A DNA stretch of 64,000 nt, taken from the IMG/VR virus record IMGVR_UViG_2724679538_000004, positions 45,799-109,798 of that record; one strand, given 5' to 3'. Both the position numbers and the translations under genes were made by a program. This document shows positions 9,660 to 18,414 of the stretch, piece after piece. The DNA comes from a virus. Its lineage: Duplodnaviria > Heunggongvirae > Uroviricota > Caudoviricetes. The notes under the pieces were generated by a model that saw only the letters and a list, made by a program, of their open reading frames with translations, was not told the origin of the DNA and made no database searches. Within the stretch, counting starts at the first letter, position 1. Each line of letters opens with the position of its first letter.

Positions 9660-10303
9660 TGGATTACCGAATTGGGATCACTGGTGTACAGGGCAGTGGT
9701 AAAACAACCCTGGCAAAATACATCGACAAACACTTTGGCATTCCGTATGTGGATGCCGGGGTTGGCAGACTTATGAGTAGCTTAGGTGTGAAGGTTGGCG
9801 CAAAAATGCCGCTTTACGAGCGTCTTCAAATTCAGATGGAGATTGCAAAGCACATCGAAGTGATTACCCGTGGGGTTGAAGGCTTTGTGATTGATCGAAC
9901 TCCTGCTGATGTTATGGCTTACACGCTAGATCTTGTTGGGCAAACCAATGAAGAGAGGTGTATCGAGTTAGCAATCGACATTGAAAGGTTTTGCCACGAT
10001 ACGGCAATTTCAAATTTCAATGCCATAGCTGGTTTACGCCCGGGAGTCACATTGACCGACGACGACTTCAAACGTGAACAGAGAGGTTCTCTTGATCGTC
10101 TCTATGTTGCTCGTATAGACGCTCTTATGTGTGGGGAATTAACCAAAATCCACCTGCATCCGCAGAGGGGAGATCTGCAAACATTTATTATTTCAGAGCG
10201 GTATCGAACAGTCGAAGCAAGAGCCAGATCCGTGTTCAGGATGATTGATAACGCCGTTGAAAAAATTGAAAAAAGATTCAGTGGCCGCGTGACCGTTCAT
10301 TGA
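9659..10303 (+). CDS. P-loop nucleotide kinase-like protein (possible dNMP kinase)
   Basis: Walker A GVQGSGKTT near the N-terminus; TAATG coupling to DHFR; context among nucleotide-metabolism genes. Confidence 0.45.
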   Translation: MDYRIGITGVQGSGKTTLAKYIDKHFGIPYVDAGVGRLMSSLGVKVGAKMPLYERLQIQMEIAKHIEVITRGVEGFVIDRTPADVMAYTLDLVGQTNEERCIELAIDIERFCHDTAISNFNAIAGLRPGVTLTDDDFKREQRGSLDRLYVARIDALMCGELTKIHLHPQRGDLQTFIISERYRTVEARARSVFRMIDNAVEKIEKRFSGRVTVH

Positions 10304-10364
10304 AAATTGTTCGCCTCTCCAATATTGCAACAATAGAACTCTCAAAATGGATTAAGGATAAAAA

Positions 10365-10784
10365 ATGTTTACTGAAACGCTGCTGGAAGATGAGCTTGAT
10401 CGGAAAACGACAGAGGCTCTTATTCGCGTGGCAGACGAACATTCCAGGTCGCTTCTAAGTGATCGAGAGGCTCGTTTGGTAATTCGCGCCATATTTGAAA
10501 CGGTGCAAGGACTTGTTGGAGCGCAAGTTGGTGAAGCCGTTAATTTTGCAATGAATCAATTCAGTGGCGAAGCCAAGAAGCCACTGTTCCCTATGCATCT
10601 GAAGCTCGCGAATGGAACGGTGTTGTATGTTTCTGTTTGTCTTGATAATAACCAAATAAACGTACTCAATGTGACATCTGGCGAATGGCGCGATCCGGTT
10701 GTTTGCGAAAGTGGTGAAGAAGCATTGAAGAAAGCAGCTCAGTTTGTGCGTAGCGCATTGCTGAAAGGCGCGAAGAAGTTGTAA
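10365..10784 (+). CDS. hypothetical protein
   Basis: 139-aa ORF with RBS. Confidence 0.4.
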   Translation: MFTETLLEDELDRKTTEALIRVADEHSRSLLSDREARLVIRAIFETVQGLVGAQVGEAVNFAMNQFSGEAKKPLFPMHLKLANGTVLYVSVCLDNNQINVLNVTSGEWRDPVVCESGEEALKKAAQFVRSALLKGAKKL

Positions 10785-10793
10785 GGAGTATTA

Positions 10794-11351
10794 ATGGCTA
10801 CGTTAGTCGCTGGTATCGATATTGAGTCTACAGGGCTGGATTTCAGATCTGGTCATAAAATCATTGAAATTGCCATTACTCGTTATGAACTGGAGTCGCA
10901 ATCACACATCGATAACCTTGTAATGCGTTTTAATCCGCGTCGCAGCATTGATCCAAAAGCCCAGGCGGTTCATGGCATTTCTCTCGAAGATCTGGCAACC
11001 GAACCGTTGCTGTCTGACCATGCAAAAAAGATTGCCGATTACATGGGTACATGTAGTGCATGGGTTGCGCATAACGGCGAAGCGTTTGACATTCCATTCA
11101 TTCGTCACGAGTTTTCAGGGTATGGGATTGTATTATCGGACATACCACTAATAGACACTATGCTATCAGGTTTATGGGCTACCGAAGATGGCAAGCGTCC
11201 TCGTCTGGAAGAATTGGCGTTTTCACTTGGTTTTATTTATGACCATAAAAAGGCACACAGTGCATTGTATGACACTGATCTGATGATGAAGTGTTTCTTT
11301 AAGGCAAGAGATAAATACGGTTTTTTCAAACTGCCTTTTGAATCAGTATAA
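10794..11351 (+). CDS. DnaQ-like 3'-5' exonuclease (DEDDh family)
   Basis: Exo I GIDIESTGL, Exo II HNGEAFDIPF, Exo III HSALYDTD; AAGGAG RBS. Confidence 0.75.
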   Translation: MATLVAGIDIESTGLDFRSGHKIIEIAITRYELESQSHIDNLVMRFNPRRSIDPKAQAVHGISLEDLATEPLLSDHAKKIADYMGTCSAWVAHNGEAFDIPFIRHEFSGYGIVLSDIPLIDTMLSGLWATEDGKRPRLEELAFSLGFIYDHKKAHSALYDTDLMMKCFFKARDKYGFFKLPFESV

Positions 11352-11359
11352 CTTTAAAC

Positions 11360-11390
11360 AAAGCCTACTTTTTACGGAGTAGGCTTTGTC
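11360..11390 (+). terminator. terminator-like hairpin
   Basis: AAAGCCTACT...AGTAGGCTTT inverted repeat directly after the exonuclease stop. Confidence 0.45.
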
Positions 11391-11663
11391 AATACTAAAA
11401 GTATGCAACAAACAGCCTGGCGTATTCTACAACTGCAACAACACATTTAATTATAAAACTGCCTATGTTACCTTTTTGCGACGGGATTCCAAAAATACAG
11501 TTCTTGTGGGCCTGATGGTATATTTACAAGCCAAAAATTGCGAACAGGACCAACAATGCGCCTTCTATTTATTTCCTGCCTGTAATTAACACTTTTCCGC
11601 CTGATAGGTTTCATCAAAATATACACAGTGACGAAACAACTTAACAACTGACAGGAGCACGAA

Positions 11664-12455
11664 ATGAGTGTCGTTGAAAATGCAGTATTGAAAGATGACC
11701 TTGATGAACTGACAGCAATGCTTCAAGCGCTTGATGAACCAGTGCAAAAGGCGTCGCGGGTAGAAAATACAGATGAAATTGACAACTTACTTGAAGGACT
11801 GGATTCAGGTATTGCAGTAAGTTCCGATGACATTGTAGGGGAAGTGATAGACGCTGAGGTCTCTGGTGATTTTAGCTTTGCGTTAAATGAGTTAGAAATT
11901 GAACATGAGTCATTAAATGTAAACGATAAAGAAGAAGAGGAAAAAATTGAGTCTGATATATCTCAAAATAAAATAATTTCTGTTTCAGAGGAACAAATTA
12001 GCAGGTCAGATAAAGGAAAAAATAACAACAAAAAAATCCGTTCCACAAGAGGTCCACGCTTTACACTGGACGACAAAGAACAGTCATTTTTTGAAAATGC
12101 AGGCCTCGATAAAGAATCATTCCTTGCAGCTTATGAAAAAGCACCAGTTAAGGCAAAGGATAAGGTTTTGAATTTATTAAACTGGTTTAGTGGTGGTCCA
12201 GATATTAGTGTTTATACAGTAATATCATTGCGTCACATTATTGAGGCTAATGTGGCTACAAGTAACAGTATTAAAATTGCTTTGATGAGCAATCCTGAAA
12301 AACCTTATCCACTCAACACAGCATCAACGCAGGCCGGTCAGATGATGGCTGTTTTTCCTGCTACTGGAGTCGCTTTACGAGAAGGTGGAAATCTTACACT
12401 GAATGTGGAGTCGCCGATCATTAAGAAGTTTAAAGCGGAGTACACTATTGGATGA
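11664..12455 (+). CDS. hypothetical protein with strongly acidic N-terminal half
   Basis: 263-aa ORF with GGAG RBS; D/E-rich first ~100 residues. Confidence 0.5.
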   Translation: MSVVENAVLKDDLDELTAMLQALDEPVQKASRVENTDEIDNLLEGLDSGIAVSSDDIVGEVIDAEVSGDFSFALNELEIEHESLNVNDKEEEEKIESDISQNKIISVSEEQISRSDKGKNNNKKIRSTRGPRFTLDDKEQSFFENAGLDKESFLAAYEKAPVKAKDKVLNLLNWFSGGPDISVYTVISLRHIIEANVATSNSIKIALMSNPEKPYPLNTASTQAGQMMAVFPATGVALREGGNLTLNVESPIIKKFKAEYTIG

Positions 12456-12529
12456 AGTTCCCCTACTCAAAATAAAGCCCATAGAGAGCATTTTGTTGCT
12501 GGGTAAGCCAATCGCATACCCAGCACTAA

Positions 12530-12577
12530 AAAAACGCGTCAGAAAGCTTCTCGTGCACGTTCTGACGCGTTTTTTAT
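12530..12577. terminator. intrinsic terminator (A-run, hairpin, T-run)
   Basis: AAAAAACGCGTCAGAA...TTCTGACGCGTTTTTT. Confidence 0.6.
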
Positions 12578-12606
12578 TGGTTGATATGCATTTGAGGAAA
12601 TGAAAA

Positions 12607-12628
12607 AATAGGTAAGTAGTTACCTATA
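12607..12628. promoter_or_regulatory. copy of recurrent palindrome (AATAGGTAAGTAGTTACCTATA)
   Basis: Inverted repeat 13 nt upstream of the Dam-like start. Confidence 0.4.
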
Positions 12629-12640
12629 CGGAGTGATTCA

Positions 12641-13234
12641 ATGATAGCGGCTGAGAAAATTAAAAAACGAGAGCGTGACCCTTCTCTTAGAGATCTATGG
12701 CGCACACCTCAATGGTTGTTTAACGCTATCCAGAAATACTTAGGTGTTCAATTCGATGTGGACGTTGCCTGCAACAAAGACAACGCTCTTCTTGCAAATT
12801 ACATAGGCGTGGAGCGTGATGCTTTGAAAAGCAACTGGGGAGAACCGGGCACTATAGCATTCCTAAACCCGCCCTACTCGAAAATTTCCCCGTGGATCGA
12901 GGCCGCAATACGCGAACAAGCACGAGGTGTCACTACAGTTATGCTTATACCACAATCCCTTGATACAAAATGGTATGAGCGGGCCACTGAGCACGCAAAC
13001 GAAACGGTTATTCTGTCTGGAGGTCGTGTGGCTTTCGTGGAACCAGACGTTAATTTGGGATTTGTGGAGGTAAACATTAACCCTGGTGGAAGTATGCTTC
13101 TGATTTTTAGAGGCTTTTGTCAGGGAGCTGGACACACGATTAGAAAAATTCCTCTGGCGGTGTTGAAACAGCTGGGGGGTTATGATCCTGCCAATGTTTC
13201 CAGAAAGAAAAGAACATACAAGAAGGCAGCTTAA
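12641..13234 (+). CDS. phage Dam-family DNA N6-adenine methyltransferase
   Basis: DLWRTPQWLF and NPPYS motifs typical of phage Dam-type methyltransferases. Confidence 0.7.
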   Translation: MIAAEKIKKRERDPSLRDLWRTPQWLFNAIQKYLGVQFDVDVACNKDNALLANYIGVERDALKSNWGEPGTIAFLNPPYSKISPWIEAAIREQARGVTTVMLIPQSLDTKWYERATEHANETVILSGGRVAFVEPDVNLGFVEVNINPGGSMLLIFRGFCQGAGHTIRKIPLAVLKQLGGYDPANVSRKKRTYKKAA

Positions 13235-13236
13235 GT

Positions 13237-13335
13237 TCTGTCTGGGAGTGTTCTTGGACCTGCTTCTGTATAAATAAATACATACTAATATATTAATATA
13301 CAGATGCAGGTTTTTTGTAGCAAACGTGCCAGACC
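13237..13335. repeat. nested-hairpin element (outer GTCTGGG/CCAGAC, inner AT-rich CCTGCTTCTGTATA/TATACAGATGCAGG, T-run)
   Basis: Read directly; a paralogous element lies at 42805-42903. Confidence 0.5.
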
Positions 13336-13416
13336 TTGACAACATCCCAGAACCCACTAGAAACCCTCCCCAGACGCTCTAGAATCAATTTTGAGTAGCA
13401 AAGTAAGGAAACACAC

Positions 13417-13647
13417 ATGGTCTATCAAACAAACGTTGTAGCGCTCGTTGAGAGCGATTTTCTAGCCCAGGCGCGTGAAATGCTTAAAGATCGCGAGCGG
13501 GCGTTTAATTTGTATGAATGGGCACTCAAATGCCTACATCTTGGCGAGCATAAAGAACTTGTTGAACAGCTGTTAGGTGAGTTGATTAATGAGGTGTTTG
13601 CCTTAAACGTCCAGCTACATGGGCGAGAAAGTAACCAACCCCAATAA
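13417..13647 (+). CDS. hypothetical small protein
   Basis: 76-aa ORF with AAGGAA RBS. Confidence 0.35.
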   Translation: MVYQTNVVALVESDFLAQAREMLKDRERAFNLYEWALKCLHLGEHKELVEQLLGELINEVFALNVQLHGRESNQPQ

Positions 13648-14183
13648 TAGATAAGTACCTACTATTCATATTATTTATCTTAAGTGATAGGATACTATAG
13701 TTTTCAGTCCATGTACTGGAGACTCGACCTGATGGGTGGAGGGTAGCGTCACTGGCGTCAGGTTTAAAAAAAAGCTCACTACCAGCGTAGAACCGGTGCC
13801 GTTTAGGCGCTGGGGAAGGGGGAACCAGAGTGAGCAGAGACAAGGGTCACTTTATGATTGTCGAGTCTGGGAAGTTCGAGAGGTTGAATCCAGTACTCCC
13901 CTTCATAAAGTGTGGGAAGATCTCGGTTCTGGGATGCTGTCATCCATAACTTCCCAAGCTTAAGCTGGCAGTAGACTTAAGCCATAACTTTTCAGGTTAT
14001 GAAACGACCAGGTTGGTGAGGAACTTTTGTACTCACCTCCCTGGGAGGATATTACCTGAAAAGACAACCTCTCACTTCGTTCGAGGTGAACTTCACTCAC
14101 TTCGTTCGTTCAGTTCAGATTAATTAAAAACCTCTTCTGGGAAGTAAGGTTTTAAAAAATAAATTTATTATTAATAAGTTATA

Positions 14184-14208
14184 ACACGCACGCGTGTGCG
14201 CACGCGCG
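14184..14208. other. 25-nt perfectly alternating purine/pyrimidine GC-rich tract (ACACGCACGCGTGTGCGCACGCGCG)
   Basis: Read directly; about 40 nt upstream of the RNase HI start. Confidence 0.5.
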
Positions 14209-14246
14209 AGGAAAAAATCGGCGCGGCGCTTGATTCAGGAGTTTAT

Positions 14247-14843
14247 ATGACGACGAAGACACCAGCCCGATCGCAAGCAAAAACTCTCAAAAAAGCCAAA
14301 AACAAAAATTCTCCCCGCACCAATCACACAACGCCTGTCGTAGAGTTCAATCCCCAGCTTAAAACCGTGAAAATCTTTAGTGATGGCTCTTGCCTTAAAA
14401 ATCCGGGTGGTCCTGGCGGTTACGGTATCGTTCTCCAGTATCGTGGTGAGGAACGCGAGTTCTCAGATGGTTTTCATAGCACCACTAATAACCGCATGGA
14501 GATGATGGGCGCACTCATCGGGCTGGAGCGTTTGAAATATCCATGCAACGTTATTTTGTACTCTGATAGCCAGTATCTGAAAAACGGCATGACACAGTGG
14601 ATGAAATGGTGGAAACGAAATGGATGGATGACTTCTGATAAAAAACCGGTAAAGAATGTTGATCTGTGGAAGCGTCTGGATGAGGCCGCAAGTCGACATA
14701 ATGTTCGCTGGAAGTGGGTTAAAGGCCATGCGGGACATCGTGAAAACGAGATCTGTGATCGTCTTGCTAAGATTGCAGCATTCACTGCCGCTGATACTCC
14801 ATTTAAAAAAGATTTAGGTTTTTTGAATCAAAATAGTAAGTAA
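14247..14843 (+). CDS. rnhA: ribonuclease HI with basic N-terminal extension
   Basis: [45 protein letters not shown] align with E. coli RNase HI; ATG 14247 preceded by CAGGAG. Confidence 0.85.
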   Translation: MTTKTPARSQAKTLKKAKNKNSPRTNHTTPVVEFNPQLKTVKIFSDGSCLKNPGGPGGYGIVLQYRGEEREFSDGFHSTTNNRMEMMGALIGLERLKYPCNVILYSDSQYLKNGMTQWMKWWKRNGWMTSDKKPVKNVDLWKRLDEAASRHNVRWKWVKGHAGHRENEICDRLAKIAAFTAADTPFKKDLGFLNQNSK

Positions 14844-14985
14844 GTATTTACCTATTATTTAGATTAAGGTATTCTGATCACCGTCAGGATGACAATGTGT
14901 CGGTGAGACACAGTTCCAGGATGGAACGGGAAAGGCGGCTGGTTAATGCCAGCCGCAACTCTTTCTGACACTGGATGGAGTCCTA

Positions 14986-15483
14986 ATGGCACGTCAAACC
15001 TATTTCACTTCTGCAACTAAAAGCAAACGCCCACGCTCTTTACGTCAAATTTTGGCCGAGCTATTTAGCGGTCGCGCTTTGTCACGCCTTGATGAACTGG
15101 AGTCTACCGTTCAGTTGCTGACGAAACGTTTAGATGATCAAGCATCAGTCGTTGCGAATATGGGGGCGATTGTTACCTCTCGTTCTTCACGCGAGGCGAA
15201 AAAAGTACGTCCTTTAGTGAAGGAGAAAAATAACAAGGACAGTTCGAATGGAAAATTTTCAAAGAAAGAGGCTGAAACCAATGGCCTACGCTCTCATTTT
15301 GCTTTCACTGGCGACGGTAGCCGTCCCAGCAGGCCAGAGCCTTTTGATGCAGGATTCTTCCACCACACGTCAGCCGACGACAATTTCCACCGCTCCAGTG
15401 GAGCGTCCTGTCTCTCTGGATGGGATGTCGGTGGATGCGATACCTCAAGTTCATCCAGTTACTCTGGATCATGCTGCGATTAA
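14986..15483 (+). CDS. hypothetical protein (Ser-rich C-terminus)
   Basis: 165-aa ORF with GGAG RBS. Confidence 0.4.
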   Translation: MARQTYFTSATKSKRPRSLRQILAELFSGRALSRLDELESTVQLLTKRLDDQASVVANMGAIVTSRSSREAKKVRPLVKEKNNKDSSNGKFSKKEAETNGLRSHFAFTGDGSRPSRPEPFDAGFFHHTSADDNFHRSSGASCLSGWDVGGCDTSSSSSYSGSCCD

Positions 15484-15492
15484 GGCTGTTGC

Positions 15493-15681
15493 ATGAACTG
15501 GCTTTCAAATCACTTTGGAAAAATTTGGCTGGTTATTGTGGCTCTCATGGCCGCAGGTTGGGTGTCAAACATTGTAAAACTCGTTTGCTCTGGGGATCTC
15601 CAGTTTCAGGCTGGAATGACTCTGGCTCGTGTAGTTGGGATTTTTATGTTTCCAGTCGGTTCGGTGCTTGGCTATTTCTAA
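15493..15681 (+). CDS. small hydrophobic (membrane) protein
   Basis: 62-aa ORF with two hydrophobic segments. Confidence 0.4.
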   Translation: MNWLSNHFGKIWLVIVALMAAGWVSNIVKLVCSGDLQFQAGMTLARVVGIFMFPVGSVLGYF

Positions 15682-15740
15682 TGCGTGTCGGAGTTGAGGC
15701 TTTAGAAGCCATAGTTCATGTAATTCTGTTTACTTCACTT

Positions 15741-15760
15741 AGAAAACAACTTGTTTTGAC
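15741..15760 (+). promoter_or_regulatory. promoter/operator family motif (AGAAAACAACTTGTTTTGAC)
   Basis: Near-palindrome upstream of the TerB-like gene. Confidence 0.4.
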
Positions 15761-15782
15761 AAATAACATATAGGAAAAACAC

Positions 15783-16208
15783 ATGTTAGGTTTCTTTAAA
15801 AAGAAAACTCGTAAAGCTGTTATCGAAGTCAAAAAAATGGAGAACCGTGATGCGGTTGAAGCCACTGTGTGGGGCGCGTATATGATCTCCTATTCCGATG
15901 GCACATGCGATGCAAAAGAAATTTCCATTCTTGAGAAAACAATTGCAGCTCTGCCTGCGTTTTCTCCGTTTGCTGCTGAGATAGCCCAGATGAGTGCCAA
16001 TATCCGCGCTCAATACGAAGCCTCACCACGCCGAGCTAATGCTCAAGCTTTACGTGAACTGGCTGATGTGGCCGGGACTAATGATGCAGTAGATGTTCTG
16101 TGTCTGTGTATTGATATTGCCGATCAGGACGGTATTGGCGAGGAGGAAGAGTTGGTGTTGAAAAAAATCGCTCAGGCGCTCCAGCTTTCACTGGATGCTT
16201 ATCTCTAA
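15783..16208 (+). CDS. TerB-like domain protein
   Basis: Two repeated segments (ISYSDGTCDAKE... and IDIADQDGIGEEEE...IAQALQL) resembling the TerB tellurite-resistance fold. Confidence 0.55.
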   Translation: MLGFFKKKTRKAVIEVKKMENRDAVEATVWGAYMISYSDGTCDAKEISILEKTIAALPAFSPFAAEIAQMSANIRAQYEASPRRANAQALRELADVAGTNDAVDVLCLCIDIADQDGIGEEEELVLKKIAQALQLSLDAYL

Positions 16209-16366
16209 TGCTTGAGAGATTCCGGCTTGTGATCGTCATTGCTCTTTTGGTGATGGCGGTGCTGGTGGATTTTACGGGAAAGATCATGTCTGTCATTTCT
16301 GATGGCGTTCTTGTTGGTCTGGCGATCTACTTCGCTCGCCCTCTAATCCGTAATGCAAAGTGTTAA
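16208..16366 (+). CDS. small hydrophobic protein (52 aa)
   Basis: TAATG-coupled to the TerB-like gene; mostly hydrophobic; below the ORF-track size cutoff. Confidence 0.35.
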   Translation: MLERFRLVIVIALLVMAVLVDFTGKIMSVISDGVLVGLAIYFARPLIRNAKC

Positions 16367-16371
16367 TAACA

Positions 16372-16397
16372 AGGGCCGACTATGGCCCTTTTGTTTC
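16372..16397 (+). terminator. intrinsic terminator
   Basis: AGGGCCGACTATGGCCCT hairpin plus T-run. Confidence 0.5.
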
Positions 16398-16408
16398 ATG
16401 GAGCGCGT

Positions 16409-17224
16409 ATGTTTGAGATTTCAACACTCACTTCTACTACCAAAGGTTTTCACGATAAGCCTTCAATGACCAGTCAGGAGATTGCCGAGTTGGTTGGCAG
16501 TCGTCACGACAGCGTTAAACGCACCATAGAACGGCTGGTAAAAACTGGCGTCATTACTTTTCCACCAATGGTGGAAAAGCCCACCGCAGGTCGCCCTTCG
16601 ACGATGTACCTGTTTGAAGGCGATCAGGGCAAACGAGACAGCATTGTCGTAGTTGCGCAGCTGTCGCCGGAATTTACGGCACGTTTAGTTGATCGCTGGA
16701 GAGAGTTGGAGTCCATATATGGCGCAGCTGTGACTCCAGCGATACCTCGTACCTACAAAGAAGCTCTTGTTCATTTGCTTCATCAGGTTGAAGAAAACGA
16801 GCGCCTTGAAAAGAAAAATGAGGCTTTGGAAGTAGCGCTGTCAAATGCAAAGCCAAAAGCCATTCTGATGGATACGATTTGCGGAACCGCAAATGAACTT
16901 TACGGGCTTAATGAAGCTGGGCGCATTCTCGGTACATCTGGTGTTGTTATGGGGGAATTTCTGGATTCTCTTGGCGACGTTTATGTAAAGCGCAAATACA
17001 CAACTATCAATCGTCAGTTCTTGAAGGCTTTCATTGACCGTGGCTATGGGAAAAATGTCGTGATCGGAACTGGACGTAACCAGGCAAAATTCACCTTTAA
17101 GGGGCTTTGCTTTGCGGCTGTGAAGCTGATTGCCGCAGGAAAAATAACCGTCAACTCCATCGAATATGAACCGTGCCGGGAACATGTTGAGCGTGAATTG
17201 AAGGGCGCAAAAAGTCTTCATTGA
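16409..17224 (+). CDS. Rha-family phage regulatory protein (antirepressor-like)
   Basis: MTSQEIAELVGSRHDSVKRTIERLV matches the Rha N-terminal signature; ATG 16409 with GGAG RBS. Confidence 0.55.
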   Translation: MFEISTLTSTTKGFHDKPSMTSQEIAELVGSRHDSVKRTIERLVKTGVITFPPMVEKPTAGRPSTMYLFEGDQGKRDSIVVVAQLSPEFTARLVDRWRELESIYGAAVTPAIPRTYKEALVHLLHQVEENERLEKKNEALEVALSNAKPKAILMDTICGTANELYGLNEAGRILGTSGVVMGEFLDSLGDVYVKRKYTTINRQFLKAFIDRGYGKNVVIGTGRNQAKFTFKGLCFAAVKLIAAGKITVNSIEYEPCREHVERELKGAKSLH

Positions 17225-17295
17225 TTTTCAACGTGGACACTCACCTTTTCATTGCGATTGTTCCCCTCTCCTAATCAGACACAATAAAGCCAATA

Positions 17296-17316
17296 AGAAA
17301 ACAACTTGTTTAATCA
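17296..17316 (+). promoter_or_regulatory. promoter/operator family motif (AAGAAAACAACTTGTTTAATC)
   Basis: Directly upstream of the RBS of the 17331 gene. Confidence 0.4.
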
Positions 17317-17330
17317 TCAAGGAAAAACAC

Positions 17331-17900
17331 ATGTGCGAGAAATGCAAAGCGATAGCTGATGAACAAAATGCCCTATTTGAAGAAATGGGTGCTAATGAGC
17401 TGGTAAAAATGTTAGCCATTCTTCGGGGAATAGAAGACGTTTCCATATTTGAGAGAGTGCTAACAGCACATAGTTTTAAGTCTACCTTTGAAGAGCCAAT
17501 TCAGGTTGTCGCTTTGGCGCACCATTTTGGTGTTCATTATCTTGCTGAAAAAGAGCGAGCTAAAAAGTTGCAGGCGACTTTGGATATGGTGAGCGAGCCT
17601 CAACGAACTCATGACGATAACAAGAGTGAGACGATTATTGCTGACAAAGATCGTGAAATTGCCGGACTCAAATCCTCTCTAACAATGTTGATGTCCGCAA
17701 TGAACCTGGTGTCATCTCAGGCTGGCTTAAAAATGCCATCACTAAATAGCTATGATCCGATGGCAGTGCGCCAGCTGCTTGGTGCAATGGCTGATCAGCT
17801 TGACGACACGAAAAATCGTATTGAAGATATGATGCGGGAACTTAGTCATCGTCATAATCTGACAACTCAGCCACATAAAGCTTTTCAAGTATCACATTAA
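17331..17900 (+). CDS. hypothetical protein
   Basis: 189-aa ORF with AAGGAAA RBS. Confidence 0.45.
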   Translation: MCEKCKAIADEQNALFEEMGANELVKMLAILRGIEDVSIFERVLTAHSFKSTFEEPIQVVALAHHFGVHYLAEKERAKKLQATLDMVSEPQRTHDDNKSETIIADKDREIAGLKSSLTMLMSAMNLVSSQAGLKMPSLNSYDPMAVRQLLGAMADQLDDTKNRIEDMMRELSHRHNLTTQPHKAFQVSH

Positions 17901-17902
17901 TA

Positions 17903-17927
17903 AAAGGGGATTCGTCCCCTTTTTCCT
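17903..17927 (+). terminator. intrinsic terminator
   Basis: AAGGGGATTCGTCCCCTT hairpin plus T-run. Confidence 0.6.
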
Positions 17928-17970
17928 TACCTAAGTGAAATTTTAAAAATATTATTCTTTTTATATTATT

Positions 17971-18414
17971 TTAAATACCAGGATTAGATAAATTGTCTAT
18001 GAATGTGCGGGTGGTATTGACAAATCCAGACCCAGAAAAGCGCATAATGAAGCCGTTTTCATCAAAAGTTACGCTCTTTTTATTCATAAATTCATTAAAA
18101 ATATGATTTGTGCCTGCTCTTGTTGAGGGATACCAATATATTCCCATATCACTGTCGCAGTCCTGATGCATGCGAACCTTTACACCGTTTATTTGCATGG
18201 GGACTGACTCGCCTGTTGTAGTGCATTTTTGTGATCTGTATGGTGTTAAGTATAAACCAGGTTCATTACCCTTTGATCTGGCAATAAAAATATACCAATT
18301 GCCGTCATCTGACAGTACTGCCGGAAGACTGTTCTTGGCTATATACCATCCTTCGGCGTTTGCCACAGATATTGAGCCGAATGTCAGAAGCATTGCGGCG
18401 ATAAATTTATGCAT
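17971..18414 (-). CDS. secreted protein of unknown function (moron-like, opposite strand)
   Basis: N-terminal signal peptide MHKFIAAMLLTFGSISVANA; flanked by AT-rich DNA. Confidence 0.55.
   Translation of the reverse strand: MHKFIAAMLLTFGSISVANAEGWYIAKNSLPAVLSDDGNWYIFIARSKGNEPGLYLTPYRSQKCTTTGESVPMQINGVKVRMHQDCDSDMGIYWYPSTRAGTNHIFNEFMNKKSVTFDENGFIMRFSGSGFVNTTRTFIDNLSNPGI

Noticed and set aside
13890-13945. Possible tRNA gene (hairpin with a 7-nt loop containing GTC)
   Set aside because: Only one stem-loop with a flanking 7-bp stem; no D-arm or T-arm (GTTCRANYC-like) could be built, so it is not a cloverleaf.
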